The notes below the pieces were generated by a model that was not told the origin of the DNA, searched no databases, and was given only the letters and a program-made list of their open reading frames with translations. The position numbers were made by a program, and so were the translations under genes. From a virus (taxonomy: Duplodnaviria > Caudoviricetes), in the IMG/VR virus record IMGVR_UViG_3300009091_000015, positions 1,099 through 65,098 of that record: 64,000 nt of DNA. One strand, given 5' to 3'. Below, piece after piece: positions 57,196-64,000 of the stretch (position 1 is the stretch's first letter; the number at the start of each line of letters is the position of its first letter).

Positions 57196-57955
57196 AGTGG
57201 GGCCTCCTCGACGGGTATCCCTGCCCAGGCTGGAGCTGGATGCGTACCCTGTACTCGCCGTCGCTGTTCGTGTGGTACATGGATGGCCGACCCTCGTTGC
57301 TAAACTCGCCGTCCTCCAGGAATCGCGCCAGCATGTACGCATCCTTCAGGCATGACACGGGGTACACTCGCTCGATGCTGCCCACCGTGTACCACCAGCC
57401 GCCCTCCTCCGGGCCACCGTATGCCTGGTCCTCCAGGTAGACGTTGACGAACAGCTGAGTCACGCCGTCAGCCATTCGCTCGGCGCACTCGGGACACAGC
57501 GTCACTCGCAATGGCTCGGCATCCATCGGCAGCGCCTTGCTGTACACCTCCCAGGCATGGAAGGTGGGAGTGCCATCGTCAAGGAAGTAGTCCAGCCAGT
57601 CGAACTCTCCGTCGCCCGGCTCCTCCTTGTCATCGGGCCTGTCCTTCAGGCATGCCTCGCAGATGTCGTGCCTCATCATGTGAGGCATCGAGTACATCAG
57701 GTGCCGCTCCCCGATCTTCTCGATCCAATGCGCTGGCTCGTTGTCAATGTCCGGGACCACCACATCCTCAGCGAATGCCTTGACATTCAGCGCCCCAGTC
57801 TGCTCATCCCTGTACTCGACCGACACCTCGCCGTCGTACCTGATCTCGTGCCATGTCTGGCATGCCTCGCACCACCACTCGACCACCGTGTCCATGGTGC
57901 CGTCATCGCACAGCCGCACGTCCTGGACACCAACCTTAACCTGGTCAATCCTCAT
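57188..57955 (-). CDS. Multi-domain phage early protein
   Basis: C-term VY..DQAYGGPEEGGWWY...RPHYE; CxxC pairs. Confidence 0.75.
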   Translation of the reverse strand: MRIDQVKVGVQDVRLCDDGTMDTVVEWWCEACQTWHEIRYDGEVSVEYRDEQTGALNVKAFAEDVVVPDIDNEPAHWIEKIGERHLMYSMPHMMRHDICEACLKDRPDDKEEPGDGEFDWLDYFLDDGTPTFHAWEVYSKALPMDAEPLRVTLCPECAERMADGVTQLFVNVYLEDQAYGGPEEGGWWYTVGSIERVYPVSCLKDAYMLARFLEDGEFSNEGRPSMYHTNSDGEYRVRIQLQPGQGYPSRRPHYE

Positions 57956-58253
57956 CGAACACCTCCTCCAATTCCTCGAAGTCAGGGTCGCCATACTCGC
58001 TCGGCATCTCGACGCCACAGTGATGGCACCACTCGGGCGGACCCTCCCAGTAGACATCGCATGCCACGATGTTCCACTGCGGGTCGCTCCTCTCATGCCT
58101 GAACTCCCACACTTTGTTGACACACTCGGCGCAGATCGAGTCCCCATCCTCCGTGATGTAGCGGATGTTGTAGCCGCCAGGCCATGCGCAGGCCGGGAGC
58201 TGAGCCCCAGGTTGCACGCCAGCCATCTTCCATACCGCCAGCCCGATGCTCAT
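57945..58253 (-). CDS. Conserved phage zinc-binding protein
   Basis: AWPGGY...DG..IC..C...YWEGP...C..CG. Confidence 0.8.
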   Translation of the reverse strand: MSIGLAVWKMAGVQPGAQLPACAWPGGYNIRYITEDGDSICAECVNKVWEFRHERSDPQWNIVACDVYWEGPPEWCHHCGVEMPSEYGDPDFEELEEVFDED

Positions 58254-58268
58254 GCCGCACCTCCTTCG

Positions 58269-58315
58269 ATCCGTCCCTTCGGGTCATCCGTCCCTTCGGT
58301 TCATCCGTCCCTTCG
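58269..58315. repeat. 17-bp-period tandem repeat, 3 copies
   Basis: ATCCGTCCCTTCG at 58269, 58286, 58303. Confidence 0.9.
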
Positions 58316-58507
58316 AGATTCCCGCTCGCTCAGCACGTTCTGGTACTCCTGCACAATGGCCGGGTCGTAGCGCATGAAGATCATGTCTGCGACCTTGCGC
58401 CGCAACAGCGGGAGCGGAAGCCCCTCTGCCATGGCGCGGGCCTCGGCCCGCAACAGCCGCTCGTTCCTGCCATTGCGAGCCGCCGCAGTCCCTCGCTTGC
58501 CTGCCAT
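58301..58507 (-). CDS. Hypothetical protein
   Basis: AGGAGGTG SD. Confidence 0.65.
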   Translation of the reverse strand: MAGKRGTAAARNGRNERLLRAEARAMAEGLPLPLLRRKVADMIFMRYDPAIVQEYQNVLSERESRRDG

Positions 58508-58516
58508 GCCGCACCT

Positions 58517-58582
58517 CCTCTCTCCTCTCCTCTCTCCTCACAAAGTGAGGGAGAGAGGAGAGGAGAGGGGCCGAAGCCCCTC
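58517..58582. repeat. Intergenic hairpin element, copy C
   Basis: About 24-bp stem, AAA loop 58542-58544, one bulged G, overlapping GAGGGGC-CGAA-GCCCCTC hairpin. Confidence 0.85.
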
Positions 58583-58597
58583 CCCCGCTGTGCTAGC

Positions 58598-58669
58598 TTA
58601 TAGGCTGGCGACAATGAACAGCACGGCGATGCCGAGCCAGAGCATGACGATCCGCCATGCCTTCGGCAT
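58598..58669 (-). CDS. Small membrane peptide (23 aa)
   Basis: MPKAWRIVMLWLGIAVLFIVASL; TGATG coupling. Confidence 0.45.
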   Translation of the reverse strand: MPKAWRIVMLWLGIAVLFIVASL

Positions 58670-58785
58670 CAGAACGCCGCGAATAGCACGGCCAGCATCA
58701 GCCATGCCGAGGACAGGAGCAGCGTTCCTGCTAGCAGGTAGGCTGCTCCCTTCACGGTCGAGTGAGCGGCTCTGCCGCTCAGCAT
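58669..58785 (-). CDS. Small membrane peptide (38 aa)
   Basis: MLSGRAAHSTVKGAAYLLAGTLLLSSAWLMLAVLFAAF. Confidence 0.5.
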   Translation of the reverse strand: MLSGRAAHSTVKGAAYLLAGTLLLSSAWLMLAVLFAAF

Positions 58786-59021
58786 CGGGCCGCTCCCTTG
58801 TCAGGCATGGCGAAGGCGATGATCGCCGCACAGCGGCGAACGTCCTGGCCGTCATGGCTGTAGCCATAGAGCAGCCATGTCCGCTGCGGCATCCGGTAGT
58901 GGAGCTTCGCTCCACCGGGCATCAATGTCTGGACGTTGCGGATCGCGTCCCCTACGGGGACGCCGACATGGTCGAGAAGAATCTGTGCCGACTCGGCCTT
59001 GAGCGTGATGGGAGCGGACAT
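58779..59021 (-). CDS. Hypothetical protein
   Basis: GGAGGTG SD before MSAPIT. Confidence 0.65.
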   Translation of the reverse strand: MSAPITLKAESAQILLDHVGVPVGDAIRNVQTLMPGGAKLHYRMPQRTWLLYGYSHDGQDVRRCAAIIAFAMPDKGAARC

Positions 59022-59046
59022 GCGCACCTCCGTGTGCGGAGACATG

Positions 59047-59079
59047 AAAAAAGCCCGGCGGGGCGAAGCCCCACCGGGC
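59047..59079 (-). terminator. Intrinsic terminator
   Basis: GCCCGGTGGGGC-TTC-GCCCCGCCGGGC-TTTTTT on minus strand. Confidence 0.85.
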
Positions 59080-59102
59080 AGGGAGGAGGAGCGGTAGCAG
59101 AG

Positions 59103-59855
59103 CTACCGCGAGACGGGGCGGATGGTGATCTCGAAGAGATCCGGGCCGTCCAGCTTCTTGCCGTTGCCCTTGGCAACCCCGAAGGCGTCGAGCAGCTCGC
59201 GGCGGACGTGCATGTCTCCCACGAAGCCACCGGCATAGCCGGTCGCCTCGACGTTCAACGGCACGCCGTTGACAGTCTCCCGGATGACCAGGGAGTTTTG
59301 GGTCGCCTTGACTTTCGTCAAGAGGATCGTGATGACGCCGTCCTTGACGGCGACGGCCTGCTTCACGGACGGCGCGGGAGGCGAAGCCTTGCGCGTGGTC
59401 CGCTTGGGCTTCGACGCCGTGGCCGGCGCCGGGATCGTGACCGGAGCGGCGACCGGCGCGGCAGCCTTCGGCTGCTCCTGCGGGGTCGGGGTCGGCGCGG
59501 AGAACTGCGCCTTGACCATGTTGCCGACGATGGTGGTGAGAGCAGCAAGCTGCTCCGCGATCTGGTCGATGTCCGCCTTGGCCATGTTGACCCTCCTAGG
59601 GCCTGAAGCTGCTACGCAGCTTCGGTAGTGATTCGCTATGCGAATCGGGTCGAAGATCCGCTCGATTCTCTCCTCCGGAGAGAACTGCGGCGGGCCGTCA
59701 TACTCCATCCTCCGCAGCCAGGCTTCGCCTGGCAGCGGATCGTCCTCGAAATCGGGGTCGAGCAACCCAGCCTGCAGGAGCAGAAGCTCCGCTTCTGCCG
59801 TGAGCACTGGGTTGAACGGCTCCCGAATTCGCCGGACCCTACCCTCGTCTCTCAT
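59103..59855 (-). CDS. Hypothetical early protein with an in-frame second start at 59585
   Basis: AGGAGG SD before both ATG 59855 and ATG 59585; Ala/Pro/Lys linker. Confidence 0.65.
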   Translation of the reverse strand: MRDEGRVRRIREPFNPVLTAEAELLLLQAGLLDPDFEDDPLPGEAWLRRMEYDGPPQFSPEERIERIFDPIRIANHYRSCVAASGPRRVNMAKADIDQIAEQLAALTTIVGNMVKAQFSAPTPTPQEQPKAAAPVAAPVTIPAPATASKPKRTTRKASPPAPSVKQAVAVKDGVITILLTKVKATQNSLVIRETVNGVPLNVEATGYAGGFVGDMHVRRELLDAFGVAKGNGKKLDGPDLFEITIRPVSR

Positions 59856-59973
59856 CCTGCACCTCCTCGACGAAGTCTCGGAGGTGCAGGTGAGAGACGG
59901 GGTGGCCAGCCCCAACTGCACCTCCCAGCCATGGACACCACGCAGGAGCCACCAAAGGTGGCCGCGTGCGGTG

Positions 59974-60252
59974 TCAAACCCAGTCAAGCCGTCCCCTCGC
60001 AATGACGCCGTCGATCTCCAACTCCACGCGCAGATCCCCGCGCCGAGTTTCCATGACCCTGATCCGGTACGCTTCGCCGTCTCCCACGCGCAGTTCCACG
60101 CATTCCACCGCCCGCGGAACGCCATGGAGCATTTTGGCGAATACCCTACCCCTCGCCAGAGCCCCGCGCAGAACTGCGCACAGCTCCTCGCACGGGGTCA
60201 TGAACTCGGGATCGGACGCCACGACGCCAGCCACTTCCGCCAAACTCGACAT
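59974..60252 (-). CDS. Hypothetical protein, first gene of leftward early block
   Basis: AGGAGGTG SD before MSSLAE. Confidence 0.65.
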   Translation of the reverse strand: MSSLAEVAGVVASDPEFMTPCEELCAVLRGALARGRVFAKMLHGVPRAVECVELRVGDGEAYRIRVMETRRGDLRVELEIDGVIARGRLDWV

Positions 60253-60557
60253 GCTGCACCTCCTGACCCCTCTCTTTCGGAGGAGTCGTAAGACTCCTCC
60301 TCCGAGAGAGGGGTCAGAGCTGCCGCCTCCCGCATGCCAACCACGCGCAGATCCGCACAGGGTTGGGGTGTCAAACACTAGTGCCAAAATGGCACTCCCG
60401 TAGGGAGTGAAGTGCCAAAATGGCATGTCACGACTAGTAACCCCATAGGGTTACTAGGGATAGCGTTCGGCCTTTCGCCGTGTGCGCTCACTGGCCGTCA
60501 CGGGCGTTGCATCGCACGACGGCCTGCACATACACACGCGATGGCCCCTTCGGGGCA

Positions 60558-60585
60558 GGTTGACATAATGAGGATTATCGGACAC
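60558..60585 (-). other. dif-like XerC/XerD recombination site
   Basis: Minus strand GTGTCCGATAA-TCCTCA-TTATGTCAACC, 11-6-11 layout with ATAA/TTAT inner ends. Confidence 0.75.
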
Positions 60586-60806
60586 TGGCCCCGTAACTCC
60601 TTGTGTTACAAGGAGTTAAAAACGCGCTGAGCAGCGGCAACGGCCCATGCGAGCCGCCCAGCGGGCCTCCAGGGGCGGGGCGGCGCGGGTGCGCAGAGGC
60701 ACGGGGGCGGGGGCGCTTCCGCGAGACGCCCCACCGTTTGCCCTTAATCGTGGTGGAAAAACCTGGCGAAACGAATTCTGGGGTGGGGGGCCTTTGCAGG
60801 TGGGCT

Positions 60807-61062
60807 GTAACCAGGTGTAACGCACGAGTAACGCAGGAGTAACCGGTGTAACCCACCGGAGTGGTATGTCGGCATGCCGACGTCAAGCTGGATGGATGCC
60901 GATATAGGATGTTAGCCCGACTCGTTAGCGTCCGTTAGCATCCGTTAGCAGCGGTGAGCAGTGGTGAGTAAGATGTAATCATCTGTAATCATGTAATCAG
61001 ATTACACGATTACTGTAATCCGCCGTAAGCCCAAGAAGACGGAAGACGGAAGACGGGAGACG
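60807..61062. repeat. Array of about 10-bp-phased short repeats, origin-like
   Basis: GTAAC x5, GTTAGC x4, GTGAG x2, TGTAATC x4, G(A/G)AGACG x4. Confidence 0.75.
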
Positions 61063-61112
61063 TATTCTTCCATCGCAATCTTGGCCGTCGCCTTCGGCTC
61101 CTGACCTAGCGC

Positions 61113-61141
61113 TTGACAAGCCGGAGCTTATCTACTATCGT
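61113..61141 (+). promoter_or_regulatory. Putative sigma70-type promoter for replication operon
   Basis: TTGACA-17 nt-TATCGT. Confidence 0.6.
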
Positions 61142-61168
61142 TCTGAACGAACAGATGGAGGTGTGCAG

Positions 61169-61432
61169 ATGATTGATGTGAAGGAACTCTCGAAAACCAA
61201 GGTTGGCGGATTCTGCCGTGGGTCTTCTCACCCGAAGTCAAAGCTCGTGGAAGATGACGTGCTGAAGATTCTTCACCTCTATGACGAGGGGTACACCGTC
61301 GCCTCATTGGCAAGAGCGGCTGGGGTCACGCCGGGGGCTGTCTGGATGATTCTACGCGGTGAGACGTGGGGGTGGTTGACGGGGATTGGGAGAGAGGATC
61401 TTCAGCCCGAGCCATCCGGTGATGTGAGGTGA
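61169..61432 (+). CDS. HTH DNA-binding protein
   Basis: SKL.EDDV..I...G.T...LA...GVT..AV..I..G.TW. Confidence 0.8.
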   Translation: MIDVKELSKTKVGGFCRGSSHPKSKLVEDDVLKILHLYDEGYTVASLARAAGVTPGAVWMILRGETWGWLTGIGREDLQPEPSGDVR

Positions 61433-61437
61433 TCCTC

Positions 61438-62199
61438 ATGTCCAGCGACACCTATCTGAAGTTCAAGCGGAGCACATTCACGGGGTCACTTTGTGGGACC
61501 GGGCCGGTCGTGCAATGCGTCTGGGTTCACGTTCTCATTCAGGCGGACTGGGCGACTGGCGTAGTAGAGATCAATCCAATCCTCACTGCGGCTGCGATTG
61601 GTGGGGGTGTCACGGCGGAGGAGGTCGAGTCTGCCATCGCCATGTTCTGTGAGCCAGATCCGAAATCCAGGACCAAGGACTTTGAGGGCAGGCGGCTTGA
61701 GCGCATTAAGGAGTTCTCCTACAAGATTCTGAATTGGCACACGCACCAACGGGGTCCAGATCCTGACCTGCGGAGACAGCAGATCCGGGAAGCCGTGGCT
61801 CGCTACAGGGGACGCCAGAAGCAGAGGGATGTCCAAGACAAGTCCAGCCCGGTCTTGGACAGTCCACAGGGGTCCAAGAAGAAGCCGAGGAAGCCCCCGG
61901 AGGAAGACCCAGACTTCGAGGTCTTCTACCTGGCGTATCCGAAGAAGGTGAAGAAGGCGGACGCGCAGAAGGCGTGGGGGCAGAAGAACGGGGAGCGGCC
62001 TCCGTTGTCGGCGCTCTTGGCGAAGCTGGAGGAGCACAAGCGCAGCTGGACGGACAGGCAGACGGACAGGCAGTACATTCCGAACCCGGCGACCTGGTTA
62101 CGGAACGAGCAGTGGAACGACGATCTGAAGGCCGTTGATCCGCTGGCTTCTTTCAACGAGACGTTCGACAGGCTGGCTGGAGGGCAAGATGGCGACTGA
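61438..62199 (+). CDS. Phage replication initiator (replisome organiser)
   Basis: C-term F..FY..YPKK..K..A.KAW...YIP.PATWL...W.D; internal phased GTCCA repeats; precedes helicase; alternative GTG at 61429. Confidence 0.85.
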   Translation: MSSDTYLKFKRSTFTGSLCGTGPVVQCVWVHVLIQADWATGVVEINPILTAAAIGGGVTAEEVESAIAMFCEPDPKSRTKDFEGRRLERIKEFSYKILNWHTHQRGPDPDLRRQQIREAVARYRGRQKQRDVQDKSSPVLDSPQGSKKKPRKPPEEDPDFEVFYLAYPKKVKKADAQKAWGQKNGERPPLSALLAKLEEHKRSWTDRQTDRQYIPNPATWLRNEQWNDDLKAVDPLASFNETFDRLAGGQDGD

Positions 62200-63520
62200 G
62201 TGGGAGGATCACGACCTGGAGATGGAGAAGGCGGTGTTGGGTGCGGCGTTGCGGGACAAGGTGGCGCTCCTGGAGGCGGTTGACCTCCTGAAGCCCACGG
62301 ACTTCTACGTCGAGGCGCACCGGGCGATCTTCGAGTACATGGAGTGGTTCGTGGAGGAGGGCAGGCCGGTTGACACTCTCCTGCTCGGCAGGGCCATGAG
62401 GGAAGCTGGGGAGCTTGCTGGTGGGATCACGGCTCTTCTGAGTGAGGCTGAGGAGGCGGTGCCGGATGTCGCGAACGTCCGCTACTACGCGGAGAAGGTG
62501 CGCGACCTGGCGATCCGCCGGGGGCTGGCGCTACTGGTCCGTGATGCCGATCCCCGCCACTCGTCCACCAGCACCGACGATCTGATCGACGGGCTCTCGT
62601 CTGGGCTGATCGAACTCTCGGGGGCCAGGGCGTCCGACATGGTGCGGATCGGGGACGTGGCGAGCGGGGTTGTTTCCGACGCCATTGCCGTTGCGGCTGG
62701 CGAGGCGAAGAGCGTCGTGGTCAGGACCGGGATCGAGGCGCTCGACAACCTGGTCTTCATGCGCCACGGGCAGCTCATCGTCCTGGCCGGTGCCACCTCC
62801 AGCGGGAAGTCGTCGCTGGCCCTGCAGATTGCCGACAACGTGGCGCGGGCAGGCGGGACCGTCGTCTACTTCTCCCCGGAGATGAGCCGTGAGGAGCTGG
62901 CAACGCGGGAGCTGTCCGAGCGCACCGGCTTCTACATGACCGCAATCGAGCGCGGCACCACCCTCGACAGCTCCGCTCAGGACAGGCTGAGCTGGGCCAG
63001 CCGTGACCTCGCCGGGCTCCCCCTGTGGGTGGATGACTCGCCCGGCCTCACGCCCATGGAGATCAGGGCGAGGTCGAGACTCGTCCAGCTGCGGCACGGG
63101 CTAGACCTCGTGGTCGTGGACTACCTGCAGATCGTCAAACCGACAACCAGGAACCGCAGCCGCGAGCAGGAGGTCGCAGAAATCTCCCGCGACCTCAAGC
63201 TCACCGCCCGTTACCTGAGAGTCCCCATGCTCGTCTGCGCCCAGCTGTCCCGCAAGCACGTCGATGAGCACCGCGAGCCCCACCTCCAAGACCTCAGAGA
63301 GAGCGGGGCCATCGAAAACGACGCCGATACCGTGCTCATGCTCTACCGGCCTGACCGAGAGAGCCCGCGCACCCTGATCTATGACCGGAAACAGCGCCAA
63401 GGCCCGCTCGGAACCCTCACCGCCATGTTCGACCCCGTCAGAATGCGCTTCAACAACACCACCAGAGGAGAAGTCGGCAACGAGGGCGCTCGCCAACCAA
63501 GCAATCGCCGCCAAACCTAG
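62189..63520 (+). CDS. dnaB: Replicative DnaB-like helicase
   Basis: EKAVLGA, GATSSGKS, VVVDYLQ, AQLSR, DLRESGAIENDAD, KQRQG. Confidence 0.95.
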   Translation: MATEWEDHDLEMEKAVLGAALRDKVALLEAVDLLKPTDFYVEAHRAIFEYMEWFVEEGRPVDTLLLGRAMREAGELAGGITALLSEAEEAVPDVANVRYYAEKVRDLAIRRGLALLVRDADPRHSSTSTDDLIDGLSSGLIELSGARASDMVRIGDVASGVVSDAIAVAAGEAKSVVVRTGIEALDNLVFMRHGQLIVLAGATSSGKSSLALQIADNVARAGGTVVYFSPEMSREELATRELSERTGFYMTAIERGTTLDSSAQDRLSWASRDLAGLPLWVDDSPGLTPMEIRARSRLVQLRHGLDLVVVDYLQIVKPTTRNRSREQEVAEISRDLKLTARYLRVPMLVCAQLSRKHVDEHREPHLQDLRESGAIENDADTVLMLYRPDRESPRTLIYDRKQRQGPLGTLTAMFDPVRMRFNNTTRGEVGNEGARQPSNRRQT

Positions 63521-63669
63521 CCCTTCCCCGCGTCCTCGACCTTCGGTGGCGGCTTGGGAGGGCTGGTTTTCGTCTGTGGGTGCTGCGATCTAAGGAATTC
63601 ACGCTCTGCGTTGAGCTTTTCCAGCGACTGCTTGATTCTCTGGCCAGAGAGGCGTCTTTTCTTTCGCAT
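63517..63669 (-). CDS. Small basic hypothetical protein
   Basis: MRKKRRLSG..., 50 aa, convergent with dnaB. Confidence 0.45.
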   Translation of the reverse strand: MRKKRRLSGQRIKQSLEKLNAEREFLRSQHPQTKTSPPKPPPKVEDAGKG

Positions 63670-63686
63670 TCCGAGGCACCGGCTCC

Positions 63687-63999
63687 CTAAGTGCCTGGTC
63701 CTGCTGGCTCGGAGCCCGGCAGGGGGAGGCGGTGGAGGAGCCGGTAAAAGATGTTTCGGCTCAGGTAGATGCGCACATCCAGCCACTGCTGCTGCAGGAA
63801 GGTCAGTTCCTTCACGAGTCTGGTGATTTCGGCGTCCTGGGCGGCGTTCTTCTTCCCCTGGTCGAGGATCTTGGTCTCGGCGTTGGCGAAGAAGGAGTCG
63901 GCCTTGTCGATGGTGGTCTTCAGGGCTGCTTCCAGGTTGGAAAGGCGGTCAGGAATCTTGGCCTTGGCCTCCGTGATCTCGCGGGTGAGGTGGCGGGTC
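63687..63999 (-). CDS. Coiled-coil hypothetical protein, 5' end outside window
   Basis: Open frame DRHLTREITEAKAK...GPGT-stop with coding-like codon bias. Confidence 0.65.
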   Translation of the reverse strand, partial: TRHLTREITEAKAKIPDRLSNLEAALKTTIDKADSFFANAETKILDQGKKNAAQDAEITRLVKELTFLQQQWLDVRIYLSRNIFYRLLHRLPLPGSEPAGPGT

Positions 64000-64000
64000 A

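Larger units (their letters stand above)
1..64000. mobile_element. Tailed dsDNA bacteriophage, podovirus-like, probably a large part of a circularly permuted genome
   Basis: Terminase, portal, capsid, adaptor/nozzle, ejection-like proteins, YqaJ exonuclease, initiator and DnaB in phage order; no tape measure or sheath recognised; no host genes. Confidence 0.95.

Noticed and set aside
58269-58315. Mini CRISPR array
   Set aside because: 13-bp cores with only 4-nt linkers; no spacers and no cas genes
1-64000. tRNA genes, integrase, or stop-codon reassignment
   Set aside because: No cloverleaf/T-loop pattern or recombinase motif noticed; long conserved genes are intact under the standard code and end in TAA, TAG and TGA

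Overview
The whole window reads as most of one high-GC tailed dsDNA phage genome with a podovirus-like gene order; no host housekeeping genes, rRNA, tRNA, CRISPR array or integrase are visible. Layout: leftward accessory genes including a sulfotransferase (1-5224); a rightward late operon with TerS, a large terminase split into two genes around a Pro/Gln/Gly-rich ORF, portal, scaffold, capsid, adaptor/nozzle, a 3124-aa modular fibre, M15 peptidase, ejection proteins, a 2975-aa JAB-domain protein and a holin-like gene (5415-46856); a bidirectional terminator; a leftward recombination and early-gene block of about 35 small genes (46946-60252); a non-coding control region with a dif-like Xer site, palindromes and 10-bp-phased repeats (60253-61160); rightward replication initiator and DnaB helicase (61169-63520); then leftward genes running off the right end, consistent with a circularly permuted genome. 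The most unusual signals are a family of covarying intergenic hairpins with a fixed TCAC-AAA-GTGA apex and one bulged base, the dif-like site in an integrase-less phage, the split terminase, and a repeat-scaffolded giant fibre with two small partner proteins plus a Tat-signal-bearing paralogue elsewhere. All product calls come from motif recognition by eye; no database searches were run.
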